A stretch of 64,000 bases of DNA from the human T2T-CHM13v2.0 reference genome, Homo sapiens (GCF_009914755.1 NC_060944.1), one strand, 5' to 3'. Counted from the stretch's first letter, positions 15,571-31,833 are shown. Program-made: numbers and translations. Notes: generated by a model from the letters alone, not told the origin.

Positions 15571-16235
15571 AATGACTGACATGGCCTTTGTCCTCCCGTG
15601 GTGACCCTATTTTAACCAAGTAGTGGTCACTTACAACCATGAATGTAGCTTTCAGAATGTTTGGATGAGAGGAATAAACTGGCGAGTATTTATAAAGTGA
15701 CTTGAACTTTACAATTAAAAGATTATTTACTTTGAAAAGCTGTATAAATGGTTATTTAAAATAGTTGTGTGGCTTCTATCAAGCCATTAGTCATCTCTGA
15801 GCCTCAGTTTCCCCATCTGTTAAACGGACATAATATTAGTATTGTGCAAAAATAATAGAATTATTGCAAGGATTAGATGATAGTGAAGTAAAGCACTTAG
15901 ATGGAGGCTGGCCCATCTGAGCACTCAATATTAATTTCTGTTATTAATTTTTTATCATAATGATGATATAAGGTAAAGTCAAAGATGCTATGAAGTTGCA
16001 CGAGCTTATTAACACAAAGCAACCAATGTAAACCAAGTAATTTGTTTTAATGCCAGATGTGAATAAGTTGTTCTGCTTTTTTTCCTACTTTATAACCTCC
16101 TTCGCATCAACCTTGATTTCTATAGTTATATAAACCTTTGTATTTAAACAAAGAGATCTCCTGGATAAGTTGGAAGAGGAGAAAGAAAAAAACAACTTGG
16201 GCTGGGGAATCTGATGATTGTGGGGTCAGCGTTAA

Positions 16236-16700
<465 letters not shown>

Positions 16701-17182
16701 TAACTTAACTATTTCTGATCTTATATGTAAGTGGACCCATTGGCTTCCCAAATGGAATAAAATTAAGGTGTCATCATTTTATGCGTAGATGCTGCAGCAG
16801 AACCCAAGGGGCTCAGATGAGAATGTGCAAACGTGTGAGGTCAAAAAGCTGCTATTGACAAAGCAGAGGAGTTATTATTATATAAATAGCCTTCAGCCCG
16901 CATCTCTGGATTTATGGTACTGGTCATTTTAGTATTAGCCAAGAAAGCTACTCCACTGGGAAACCATTCAATGAAGGAGGGAAGAATAACGCCTCCCACA
17001 CCCAAAGGTGTTTCCTAACTCGGAACAGAAACACATTTCACACATTTTTAACTTTTAATTTTGAAATCATTTCAGATTTCCAGGAAAGTTGCAAAAATAT
17101 CATAAAGAAATATCTACCCTTCACTCAGATTCCCAAATGTTAGCACTTCGCCACATCTGCCTCATTCTTCTTTCTCTCTCTT

Positions 17183-17262
17183 CACACACACACACACACA
17201 CGCGTGCACACACACAGATACATGCACGTACACATACATGCACACAAATACGTGCACACACA
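17183..17262. repeat. Degenerate (CA)n microsatellite
   Basis: cacacacacacacacacacgcgtgcacacacac... Confidence 0.85.
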
Positions 17263-17392
17263 CTGTCTCTCATTTTTTCTGAACCATTTAAGTTGCAGAC
17301 ATTATATCCCTTTACCCCTAAATACTTCAATGCATATTTCCTAAAAACAAGGCTATTCTGTTTAATAACTACAGTATAATTATCAGACCTAG

Positions 17393-17935
<543 letters not shown>

Positions 17936-18286
17936 TAATTGGATGACCAGTTGAAGGACTAGGTCAAAAGAATGTCTTCTAGCATATTTGCCTGTACTTA
18001 CAGGGATAGGGCATGAAAGTAATTAAAACAAATATATTTCATTGTATTGATTATATGCAAGTTAGACATCATTGGGGAAGATTCGGTCTTCCTGGCTTTT
18101 CAGAGAAAAATGTTAACATGTGAGTTATGGCGCTGCTTGGTGTTGTCTGTTGGTTGGATGTTAAGGTGTACAATTTGTGTGCCTGCAACCAATGCATAGA
18201 GTTGCAGATGTCCATTGTAAGAAAGCAGATGTTGCATTTCTTCTTTCTTCAGACAATAGTCATAGTAGCTACACTTTCTTTGGCAG

Positions 18287-18592
18287 ATGTGGTGCTGGAA
18301 AAAGCCATGCACAAGTGCATCTTGAAGCCCCTCAAGGGGCACGTGGAGGCCATGCTGAAGGACTTTCACATGGCCGATGGCTCATGGAAGCAACTCAAGG
18401 AGAACCTGCAGCTTGTGCGGCAGAGGAATCCGCAGGAGCTGGGGGTCTTCGCCCCGACCCCTGATTTTGTGGATGTGGAGAAAATCAAAGTCAAGTTCAT
18501 GACCATGCAGAAGATGTATTCGCCGGAAAAGAAGGTCATGCTGCTGCTGCGGGTCTGCAAGCTCATTTACACGGTCATGGAGAACAACTCAG
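18287..18592 (+). CDS. RIN2: RIN2 coding exon (start of VPS9 domain)
   Basis: tggcag|AT acceptor and TCAG|gtgagg donor. Encodes (D)VVLEKAMHKCILKPL...LLRVCKLIYTVMENNS(G); phase matches the neighbouring exons. Confidence 0.96.
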
Positions 18593-19663
18593 GTGAGGCC
18601 GCTGGAAGCCCAGGCTTCGTGCCGCTTCCCTTCCGGGCCGGGGACAGGCCTCTCTCCTGTCAGGCTTTCTGATTCCCAATTTCTCCTCCCTTTGGTCTCT
18701 TGATTTCACCAAGTGGCTTACAGAACTACAAGTGATTCTCTGATATCCGGCACATTAGTCACATGCAACAGATTAAAATGTAAGCAGATGAGGGCAACAA
18801 GATTTTTGTACCAGGCCGATTTAATTAAAGATTTAGTTCAGAGTATGGTTACAAATTCAGTCTCTGGAGTCTGAGTTCAAATCTTCCCTCCGAGAAGAAG
18901 AAAATTAACTGAGGGACTTTGGCCCCCTTAATCAACCTTGCACGCTGTAGTTTTCTGCGTCTTTAGCCGGATGTCACCCTTTCTTTCATGAGGTGGGGAT
19001 TAGCTGAGACAGCCCACACATAGCCCCAAGTGCAATGGAAATGTCAGCGATTATCATTACAACATTTTGGCCAATGAGGGTTTGTGTCAATGACCTATAG
19101 TATGTGAAAGAAACTCTGAACATTCAGTTATAATGAGGCCTCATTAGAGCCGCTTCATTGGCTAGCCCTTCTTTGCTACAAGCTGAAGCAATATAATTGA
19201 AATTCACCGAAGAGTTACAATCTTGGAAAGCCAGCCCTCAGATTTAGCCTTGTTGTTTCCTGTAGATGCAGGGGTAACCATGAATCCTGGATAGTAATGG
19301 AGCCCTGCATTGTCCCAGGTCTTCAGTAAGCTTATTGTAATTCTGAAGACGATTACGAACTTTTCTTCTGAGTGAAATTGCTTAATGGAGAAGCAGCAGA
19401 GAGAAAACACAGGCTGTATTAACCACTGCTTGAGTAGACAGGAATGTGTGTGCACTTTGGGAATTGTTGAGTGAAGAAGTTAAAATATGAGCTCCTGGGC
19501 GTGGTAATGATAGCAAGTGAACATCACCTCACAAGTTTGCAAGCATATTTCACATATAGGAAACATATTTTCTATAGTTCACAGTTATTTATAAAAATTC
19601 CCCAAATAATATCTGAATATCTGAATTCCCCAAATAATTCAGAAGGATTATGCTCTTCTGAAG

Positions 19664-19868
19664 CACAGTTCCTCAACACACACACTAAAGACATTAATGT
19701 AGACAGGATAATTCTTCTTTTGGGGGCTGCCCTGCTTCCTGTAGGAAGTTTAGCAGCATTCCAGATGTCATCTGCATCCCCACCCTCCAGTTATGTCAAT
19801 GAAAAATGTCTTCAGACAGTGCCAAATGTCCCCTGGGGGACAAAATTATCTCCAGTTGAGAACCACTG
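19664..19868. mobile_element. MER20-like hAT DNA transposon
   Basis: Termini cagttcctcaac ... gttgagaaccactg; body ggataattctt...gccaaatgtcccctgggggacaaaatt. Confidence 0.75.
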
Positions 19869-20448
19869 ATGTAAAGAAAACTAGAAGTAAACACTAACAT
19901 TTTTTGCCATATATTTCCATTAATCAATGTGTATATTCAACATGTACTGAATTGGCACGTTTAAAGAAATTAACTGTGTGCTCACATTAAATACAGAGCA
20001 AAGTTAGCTTATTCCTGGTTTGAGTTTGACCTTGTCATTATGTTTGTAAATAATGTGCACAGCAAGAAAGAGGAAGTAAGACACAAAGAATTAGCATAAG
20101 TAAATATTTTGTAAGCATTTTATAATCTTGTTTGCTGAAAGTTAAAATATTTTAACGAGTATTCTGTTCTATCACATAATTTTATACAAATTATAAAAGT
20201 AGGGAGAAAATCTGTAATGTGTTCATTGGTTCATAGACATTCATTCTGAAACTGTAAGGGCTGGTCTCTAACATTAGCAGCTGGGAGGGTCAGAGGCTAC
20301 ATAGGATTCCAGAAACACTCACCTCTGTTTATAAATAGCACAGTTCCCCCCAGAGTGACTCCTTGCTGTCTAATAAAAGCAGCAAGAAGGATGTGAAAGA
20401 AAGAAAAGTTGGTAAAAATATTCCATCTCCTTCTCTTCCTGCTCTCAG

Positions 20449-20580
20449 GGAGGATGTATGGCGCTGATGACTTCTTGCCAGTCCTGACCTATGTCATAGC
20501 CCAGTGTGACATGCTTGAATTGGACACTGAAATCGAGTACATGATGGAGCTCCTAGACCCATCGCTGTTACATGGAGAAG
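20449..20580 (+). CDS. RIN2: RIN2 coding exon (VPS9 catalytic GADDFLP motif)
   Basis: ctctcag|GG acceptor and GAAG|gtaact donor. Encodes (G)RMYGADDFLPVLTYVIAQCD...LLHGE(G). Confidence 0.96.
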
Positions 20581-23500
20581 GTAACTGCTTTTGAGAAAAG
20601 TTGAAGGAACTGGGTGCTATTTTTTTCATTTTTTTATAATTGAGACGAAATTCATGTCACATAACATTAATCATTTTACAGTGAATAATTCAGTGGCATT
20701 TAGTATATTCACAATGTCATGCATTCTCCACCTTTATTTAGTGTCAAACTATTTTCCTCACCCTAAAATAAAATTCTGCACCCATGAAGCAGTTACTTGG
20801 GTGCTTTTTTGACATCTTAAGTGTTAACTGAATTTTTTATTAATTTAAAAGAGTGTACTAACCTTTTTCTGATTGCAAAAGTAATACACACTCGTGGTAG
20901 AAAATTTGGAAAAGTCAGGAAAAACACAAAGAAAAAATATAACCCCATCTTAACTATACTTCACTAAGATTGCTTAATGGCAATAAAAAAAATACATTCA
21001 GTAGAATAAATGCCATTTTTTTTGGAAGAAATGGTTTCTTTGGCTCCAAGAGGAAATTATAAACTTTTGTTGAGGATATTTCCATTGCCAGGAAAATAAC
21101 CTGCTCTTATATTAGTGAAATGGATAAAAGCTTGGCTTTGTTTTTATTTTTTAAAATTTCGTTTTCAAGGTGAAAACAGTATTAATTTTTTTCCAGTTTT
21201 TTTTAAGTATCTTTTCATTTTTATAGTAAAAATACAGGGGTGTGGAATCTGTGCAGTTTGCTCTCAATTTACGTTGGCATTCGGGTTCCTTCTCCTTGTG
21301 TCTGCCTAACCCCAACATGTCTTAGCAGAAATTCCTTCTCCTTACACATAGCTTAGGTATTTTACATGGAAATGATTAGGATGTTTGGCACAGTAGTGCA
21401 CAGCCTTGAAACGCAGAAATAACTGGGACTCTATGTGAGCTTATCTTTTCAAAGGAGAACAAATCAGGGCCTGTGCACTGTGAATCCTCTTAATCCATTT
21501 TTATATATCCAGATAAAAGCCCAGACAAGCCCTGGGGGGGATTGTCACGGTTTCGTTTTTTTTTTTCCCGTGAGTTTCAGTCTGGGCTTGAGTAGAAAGG
21601 TCCATCTCTGACAGGATTCCCTAAGGAATGAGTCATCCCAGCATTTTCCCTGGAGGGAATGAAATGCATTTTTACCACCCCCAGAATGTGCCCCCTTAGT
21701 CTCCTCAGTCCTGTAATGTGAATTCACCAGGCCTTAACTTTTCCTGTCGGAGGGACCGCCCTCCTTGGAGCCCGATTATGCCCTTCCCACGTGACCATGG
21801 GTAGTGCTGACTCAGGATGGGGGATGAATATCTCTCCTCCCGTACCCGATCCCAGGCAGGTATGAATGGGCCTCTTTCATGCTTTCACCCTTTAGCCTCT
21901 TCTGTCCCCTTATTAATATTACTAACCATGGAACCAGACACTCCCCGATGAGCCTCCAAGGCCCTCCCTGGAGCTTTTCTTGCCTGCTCTGCCCTGGGAT
22001 TAGACAGGACAAGGCCAAACATGTGGTTTTGCCCAGGGACCAAGAGAAGCATGTTAGTCTACATAGCATGCTTTCCTTCCTTCCACTGTAATGTTTGTTA
22101 TTAATACAGTTTGGGGTTTGGTTATTCTTTTTCGAGCTTCGATCATGTTTAATTCTAGTAATATAAGTATGTAGAGCTCTTAGGGCTTTGGGGAAAAAGA
22201 CACGCCGGTTTCACTTAGAAAGTCGATTCTGTTGCTGACAATGTGCACTCAGGACAAACATTGCTTGTATCTTGTGGCTCAAGGATAGAAACAGCTACTT
22301 CCTGCCCCTTTCCCAGATTGGCCCAGGGCAAGGCCCTGTGTTGATGACTAATGGACAGGTGGCTGTCTTCTCCTCCACGAATCCCACAAGAAAGACAAGG
22401 GCACAGCTAGTGAGGATACAAAAGCTGCTGGTGAGCTCGCACTTAAATAGAGCCTGCTTCCACTTAACCGTGTCTGGGGCTTCTTGGCTGCCTTCCTTGG
22501 GAAGTAGGCGGCCCAGTTGGGTTGGCTGTGATCACAGACCAGGCCTGCACAGCATCGAACTGAAGCTATGCAGCCTGGGAGGAAGAGGCTACTGAGCAGT
22601 GGCAAAAATACAGATTGGACTTTTCCGTGCCTGCCCAAAGTCCTCTTTGGTTTGCGGGGTAGCAGCCACGTCTGTTTTCCGCTGTTTAAGCAGGTATTCT
22701 CATTTACCAAAAAGGCGTCATAGAATCCCTTAGAAGTGCACAGCTCTTGTGGTAGGGTTATAGTCTTGCTGAAATTTAAAACCTTCTCTAATTGCATCCA
22801 CATGTTTCAAAGTGTGGTCAATTTTGTGCTTCCAGCATTTGAGTTTTCTCCTTAGCGTCCTGAACAGATGAGAGCTAGGGAGTCTAAAATTTGAAGTCCA
22901 AAGGAGCCCCCCTCCACCCCCACAAAGATTGTAACAGTTCTCCGAGTCCTTGCTCAAATCCTGACCCTCCATACGGCCTTTCCTGAATACTTATGTTCAT
23001 ATTGATTTCTCCTGAAATTCTCCATGTAGCATCTGTATTCTGGATTACTGAGTTTCACACACAGTCACATGCTGATTTGTTTGTGGGGCGAATATTTGGT
23101 AAAGATCAACAATTCAAAACTCTTAACTAGGGTGATTATACTGTAGGTGGCAAGGTCTGGAAAACCCTTCAGATCACTCTATACACAAAAAGCTTGACAT
23201 GTGATCAATGGAAAGTGCATGGCTCAGGGTGACCCAGATTATGCCGCGGGAAAAAATAACCTCAAGTCTTCATCTGCAACCTGAAAACAAGAAGGGTATT
23301 TTTCTTTCTCGTGTTCATGTCCAGCACGAGTTTGCAGGGCGTGTGGCTCCTGATCCACATGGAGGGGACAGTTGCCATCTTGCATATTGCCACTTATTGA
23401 CCAGAGAGAGGCTTCTGCAGGGTCTCACATGAATAAAGCTAAATACTTTGGCCCTAAAGGTGACACTTCTGCACAAAACTCATTTCGCCAAACTAACTTC

Positions 23501-23735
23501 TGGTCCCTGCAGGAATAAATTGCCAGTGTCTGTTTTTTTTTTAAAAAAAAAAAAAAAAACAAAACACATTCATAAACTTCTGGAGAGTGGGGACTCAGAT
23601 TCTATTTCTTACAAACCTACTTTCTTCTCTGTAGCTGTGGCTCACAGTAGAGATTCAATGAGTATTTTGACAAAGAATGTCTCTAAATCTAAAATATGCT
23701 GTGCCCAATTAGGGAATTTTTAATAAACATTCAGG

Positions 23736-23749
23736 GCGACCCCTAGTGG
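23736..23749 (-). promoter_or_regulatory. Candidate CTCF site in a RIN2 intron
   Basis: Minus strand reads CCACTAGGGGTCGC, one mismatch from the CCACYAGRGGGCGC core. Confidence 0.5.
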
Positions 23750-24314
23750 CTCTTCAGCGCAGAGACCATAAGTTCCTCCCCAGGCACCTAATTATATGTT
23801 AGGACAAAAACTATGAAGGAATACATACACATCTTACAGTGTCGTCAGCCCTTTTTACACTCCTCAAGAACATAAGAGATCATTCCTAAATACACCATCA
23901 CAGGAACATCACTTTCCTGTAAATTATTTTATCCTAAATGCCAGATGTTATGTTAGTCCCAAAGGAAGGGGGGGGTAAGAAAGGGAATCAAGGGAGAGAA
24001 ATTATTTTTGAAGTGTCCACATTTTTGCGAACAGTTCTTTCAAAGTGTATAGTTTACTTAAGATTTAGAAAATACTCATTGCGTTTTTTCCTTTTTACTT
24101 TTTTTTAAACCAAATTCTTGTTTATCAGAGATAGAAAATATCAATTTCTAAAAGAAAAAGCCAAGAGCAAGTGTTGCCACGAGTCTGGACTGATGGAGGG
24201 GATACTGGCCTTGGATCACCTCACACGCCTGACTTTCCCCCCACCTCCCCGTCAGGCCTTAATACCCCAACTACTCCTGGCAAACATTTTTCATAATTGC
24301 ACTTTAATAATTTC

Positions 24315-24860
<546 letters not shown>

Positions 24861-24959
24861 CTAAAAATACAAAACATGCCTTCTAACGCTGGCATCCCCT
24901 GTTATCACCCGTGAGCGGAGGTTGGCACTGGGAGGACCCACTCTTTCTGCTCTTTTCAG

Positions 24960-25123
24960 GAGGCTATTACTTGACAAGCGCATATGGAGCACTTTCTCTG
25001 ATAAAGAATTTCCAAGAAGAACAAGCAGCGCGACTGCTCAGCTCAGAAACCAGAGACACCCTGAGGCAGTGGCACAAACGGAGAACCACCAACCGGACCA
25101 TCCCCTCTGTGGACGACTTCCAG
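24960..25123 (+). CDS. RIN2: RIN2 coding exon (end of VPS9 domain, GYYLTS motif)
   Basis: ttttcag|GA acceptor and CAG|gtgtgc donor. Encodes (G)GYYLTSAYGALSLIKNF...IPSVDDFQ. Confidence 0.95.
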
Positions 25124-25351
25124 GTGTGCAGCTGGCCACCCCTTTGCTTCCTTCGTCCTCCAGGAATGCGGAGCTGGCTCACCCAGCACATCCCAGCTCA
25201 GAGGTCCCCACTGTGTTGAATTATTTGGCAGGAAAGGGATATCTCAAACCACCCTCTGGCCTTGTTACACTGATCTGTTTTCTTTACATTTATATACGCA
25301 TGGGATACTTGGCCCAAGTTTTGCTGTCTTTAAGAAAACCAAGTTGAATTA

Positions 25352-26092
<741 letters not shown>

Positions 26093-26161
26093 CTATGAAA
26101 TAATGAGTGAGTTGGCAAATGTCTGCAAATAATATTTTGAAGGTTTTAAATTAAATGATAA

Positions 26162-26910
<749 letters not shown>

Positions 26911-28329
26911 GGCAAGCCCATCTTTGAAAGCCAAGATCAGCTCATTCTTCTCCATGATTGCAGTATGCTCAGAAATTCCTTCTGGAGCGCATAAACCTAA
27001 AGAGTGAGAATACACGCACTGCACTCTCCCCACCCTGTTGCACTAAGAAGGTCCCTGTGCCACTCAGTGCCTGCAGACCCCTGGGGTGCCATCATATAGC
27101 CATCCAGGGAGGGGCTGCCTAGGGCAGAACAGAGGAAGTGAAAAAAGTTCATTGTTCCTTTCCCCACCTGCCAACACACCCTCCTCCACCTCTTCACCTG
27201 GAGACCCTCAGACACCATAGAGCTGCCTTCTTCTGCAGCCGTCCCCTCCTGCCCTCATTGACCCTGCTCACCTTGGAGGTGCATGCCTTCTCAGAGTGTA
27301 ACCGAAGAAGGAAATGTTCAGCACTCGGCTCAGGGGTCAAAGCAAAACCTCAGACCCAAAGCTCCATCTGGAACCCCTAAATCAGAGGCCACAGACACAG
27401 AGGTCTTCTCACATGGGAAGAGGTAGTACGTCTTGGTGGTAAAGGCGGTGGGGCTGCATCTGCCACGTCCTAGCTGTGTGGCTTTGGGCAAGTTACGTAG
27501 CCTCTCTGTGCCTCAGTTTCTGCACTAGTCAAACAGGGATTATGTAGACCCTGTCTCTTAAAAAAAAAGGTTCAAAGAGTGTCACTGTCAATCTGGGCAC
27601 CTCCCACTAGCTCACCTCTCCTGCAAAGTCACTGGGCTAGCAAAAGTCCCCACTGGAAGCAGATATGAAACATATCTTACATGTGCAGAGCTCACTGTCC
27701 TTCCCAAGAGCTTTCCCTTCTGTTATCCCAGGAAACCCTCGTGGTGACCTTGCAGGCACCTGGGCAGAGAGCCCTCCTTCCCTTCACTGCTGAGCAGGGT
27801 TGCCAGATTTAGCAGAAAAAAATCTATTTGTTTTCTAGCTGAAACTCAAATTTAACTGGCTGTTCTAGATTTCATCTGATAACTCCACTGTTAAGGAAAC
27901 AGAAGCAAAGTTATCTGGGGTCACAAAATCTAGGAGAGCCTGATGTGAGTTTAAGATTCTTTATGCCTGGTCTGGGCTTTGTATCTTGTAAGGCCACAGG
28001 TTTACATGTTTCATGATAGCATGTACCTGGCATGATTGCAGCACCTGAGCCTGCAAACGTCTTTGTTTAATTCCCTGCAGCACCACCTTGCATGTAATCA
28101 GCTCCATCTGCAAAGTATTTGGCAAAATCAACATTCTTCTCCTTCTGACTTTTTCCACATTGTGCCCAGAGCCACTAGGAGCCTTGTATTAGATTGAACT
28201 ACATGAAATCACCATTTGGGGGAGATAAAAAATAGTCAAAAGTCAGCGCATTTTGTGTGTGTGTGATTCAACCTAAATGATTGCCCTTGCTTAGGATTTA
28301 TTTAAAAAGTTTGTCAAAAGTGAACACAA

Positions 28330-28465
28330 GCCAGGTACAGTGGCATGCACCTGTACACCTAGCTACTCAGGAGGCTGAGGCAGAAGGATCACTTGAGCCC
28401 AGCGGTATGAGTCCAGCCTGGAGAATATAGTGAGATCTCATCTCTTAAAATGAAAAGAAGAAAAC
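28330..28465 (+). mobile_element. FLAM/Alu monomer
   Basis: Monomer with an A-rich tail. Confidence 0.8.
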
Positions 28466-28893
28466 AAAAAGTGAGCACAGTACGTGCTTTTGTGTCTAGA
28501 TATTTTAAATCTCTTTCTGCTGACTTCCTTCATACTCTTGTGCTATTTGGTTTAGTTTTCAAGCTGGGAATAAACCCAGCATTGGATGTGGTTCACACTC
28601 TTAAGCAGGGGTTTCTTAACCAGACCTTATGAGGGAAATGGAAAGATCAGAACCAGGGCTGCATGGACTTCCTGCTTCTTACAGTTGCAATGAATCATGT
28701 AGTCATCTTCGCCACTGTCCAAAGTCAGATCAGCCTCTTTCCTTGCCATTCGAAGCCTCGTGGCCTGACATCGGACATTATGACAGGAAAGGGCCTGGAA
28801 ATGGCTTACAGTTACCCCCTCCCCTGGTCCCCCATCATGCTCACTATCTAGTTTTCTCTTCTGACTGTCTCAACATTCCTCTTCCACCTGCAG

Positions 28894-29217
28894 AATTACC
28901 TCCGAGTTGCATTTCAGGAGGTCAACAGTGGTTGCACAGGAAAGACCCTCCTTGTGAGACCTTACATCACCACTGAGGATGTGTGTCAGATCTGCGCTGA
29001 GAAGTTCAAGGTGGGGGACCCTGAGGAGTACAGCCTCTTTCTCTTCGTTGACGAGACATGGCAGCAGCTGGCAGAGGACACTTACCCTCAAAAAATCAAG
29101 GCGGAGCTGCACAGCCGACCACAGCCCCACATCTTCCACTTTGTCTACAAACGCATCAAGAACGATCCTTATGGCATCATTTTCCAGAACGGGGAAGAAG
29201 ACCTCACCACCTCCTAG
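28894..29217 (+). CDS. RIN2: RIN2 last coding exon (Ras-association domain) to TAG stop
   Basis: cctgcag|AAT acceptor. Encodes NYLRVAFQEVNSGCTGKTLLVRPY...NGEEDLTTS*. Confidence 0.96.
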   Translation, partial: NYLRVAFQEVNSGCTGKTLLVRPYITTEDVCQICAEKFKVGDPEEYSLFLFVDETWQQLAEDTYPQKIKAELHSRPQPHIFHFVYKRIKNDPYGIIFQNGEEDLTTS

Positions 29218-30735
29218 AAGACAGGCGGGACTTCCCAGTGGTGCATCCAAAGGGGAGCTGGAAGCCTTGCCTTCCCGCTTCTACATGCTTGAGCTTGAAA
29301 AGCAGTCACCTCCTCGGGGACCCCTCAGTGTAGTGACTAAGCCATCCACAGGCCAACTCGGCCAAGGGCAACTTTAGCCACGCAAGGTAGCTGAGGTTTG
29401 TGAAACAGTAGGATTCTCTTTTGGCAATGGAGAATTGCATCTGATGGTTCAAGTGTCCTGAGATTGTTTGCTACCTACCCCCAGTCAGGTTCTAGGTTGG
29501 CTTACAGGTATGTATATGTGCAGAAGAAACACTTAAGATACAAGTTCTTTTGAATTCAACAGCAGATGCTTGCGATGCAGTGCGTCAGGTGATTCTCACT
29601 CCTGTGGATGGCTTCATCCCTGCCTTCCTTCCTTTCTTTTTCCTTTTTTTTTTTTTTTTTTTTTTTTACAAAGAGCCTTCATGTTTTTATATATTTCATA
29701 GAAATTTTTATAGCAGTTGCAGGTAAACTGTCAGGATTGGTTTTAAAATATTTTTGTAACTTTAAAATATTCTATAATTATGCATGTGATTTTAACATTT
29801 AATATTCAAAAATAAATCTCTTGCTGGATTTGAGAGTATTGCATTTTTAAAGTCTCTCTTCTGTAACTGGATGTTTTGGCAACTTTGTGGGGAGAGACTG
29901 CTGGATTTCTTAAAGCAACGTATTCCTGACACTGGCCACAGAATGCCTTTGGAAATCGGATGTACTGTTCTCTTGTTCACGTTTAGTGGTGTTTTGCTGT
30001 TTTGTTTTTTAAACAAATGATGCTGAGAATAAGGAGAGAAATGAATGTAGAGAGAGGTAGAGAGAGAAATATGAACTCTAACAAAGGACTGAGGAGTGCA
30101 GTCTGCTGGTTCAGGCTCTTCAAAAGATGTAGAAAAAGAGATAGAAGGAACCACCTATGCTTAAAATACTGTAAATATGCAGTGAGGTTTGGCAAAATCT
30201 ATTCCATGTGTGATTTGCTTGTAGAAACAATTTTGAAAGCCCCTTGAGGAAAATAAAAATCAAGAAGAACACTTTTCTCCCTTTTCCATACAAATTAAAA
30301 CTTAACAGCATCAAATTATTGGGACCAGAAACCAAGTAATGTATAATGTGGCTTTTGTTGAGTTAAATAAGATGCTATATAATGGAGAAGAATTTGAAAA
30401 TGCACAAAAAAATCAATCTACATTATCAGAACCTGCAGTGAAATTAAACTTATGTTAAATAAAACCAGTTTGCAGGTGCACAAACTATGAGGGTCTTGTA
30501 TCCACGTAACACAGGTAGTTACAAAAACATGTTATTGTACTGTGTAAAGATGCATAGTCATCTCATTTGGTTGGCTTTGTACCTTGTACCTTTTTTAGCC
30601 TTGGCTTTTGTTGAACTAGAACCCTCAGCACATACTGTGTTGTACTTTTGTAAATGATTTTTTAAATGGAATTTTGCACATAATACATTGTAATACTGTA
30701 TGATAATCATGTGTGAAAATAATTTTTGAAATATC
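29218..30735 (+). other. RIN2: RIN2 3'UTR (distal end approximate)
   Basis: Repeat-free AT-rich sequence after the stop. AATAAA at 29811, 30252 and 30458; Pumilio-type TGTAAATA at 30170; TGTA cluster 30497-30700 followed by a U-rich tract at ~30746. Confidence 0.7.
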
Positions 30736-31708
30736 CTTTGGCTGTTTTTTTTTTTCTTTAGAGTAAGAATATATTCATGCACCACGCAGTGTCATGGACA
30801 GATGAAATCCGAACCAGGGTTTGTGGTTAGACAATGTATCGTGGGGGTGAGCAGAAAAGCTCACATTTCTCAGAAGCTCCTCCTGATATGGGGCAAAAGT
30901 TAAGGAGCAGAAGGAAAAGATCATCCTCCCACCTGAAAGTGTTTTCATTGTTATCTAGTGCTGTACTTGGCTCAGTGGGACTTAGAGCAAATCACAGGTA
31001 ATTTGAACCCGGAGTTAGCTGGGGTCCTGCAGACAGCCCCACCCTGTCCTCACGTAACCTCTGCAATGCCCTGGGTGACAGTTCAGTGCTGTTGCAAAAT
31101 TGATAGCGCAGAGGCTTGGACTCCTCGCTGCCATACTCCCCATGCTTGGAAGGGTGCCTGGCATATATTAATAGTAAGTGCTCAATAAATCCTTGCTGGC
31201 TGAAGGAAGGAAAACATGAGTTTAGAAGGGTTTCTAACTCATCAGTGGGAGAGATCCGTAAAGATCAGAATGAGAATTGAATGGGCTGCCTGCTTTTGAT
31301 ATTTACAACGGACCAAAAGATGACAGCTCAATCCATATGGTTGTCCTCCCAACTCTTCAAACTAAGATCATCATGCTTTGTTGATTTAAAGCAGGTCACA
31401 GCCTCTGGATGCGAGGCAGCCTTGCAGCCTTCGGTGGGACGAGAGCGGGCTCAGAAGAGGAAAAGGTAGCGTGGGCAGAAAGCAACATCACAAGACGGTC
31501 CCTGGTTTTGTCATTGGGCAATGTTTCCCCGTTAAAATTACAACACAACATGTGCCTCCACTTTTTCCCCCACGCAGGCATTTCTCACTTCTCAAATTGC
31601 CAGGAAACAGACTTGGGTGAAGGTTGGAGGGAATAAGAGGAGAGTAAAAATATACATGCTGGGTGGAGGAAGAGGAGAACGCATTTCCAAATTTAAAAAT
31701 ACATTATA

Positions 31709-31833
31709 GCTGAGGTGGGAGGATCGCTTGATCCCAGGAGTTTGAGGGTGCGGGGAGCTATGATCCCGCCACTGCGTTGCAGCCTGGACGACAGAGCAAC
31801 CCTGTCTTCCCCCTACAAAAAAGTAAAAATAAA
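31709..31833 (+). mobile_element. Alu right-arm fragment
   Basis: gctgaggtgggaggatcgcttga...cagcctggacgacagagc plus an A-rich tail. Confidence 0.8.

Noticed and set aside
23531-23561. TG-T10-A17-CA quasi-palindrome
   Set aside because: Ordinary T/A homopolymer junction; no supporting context.
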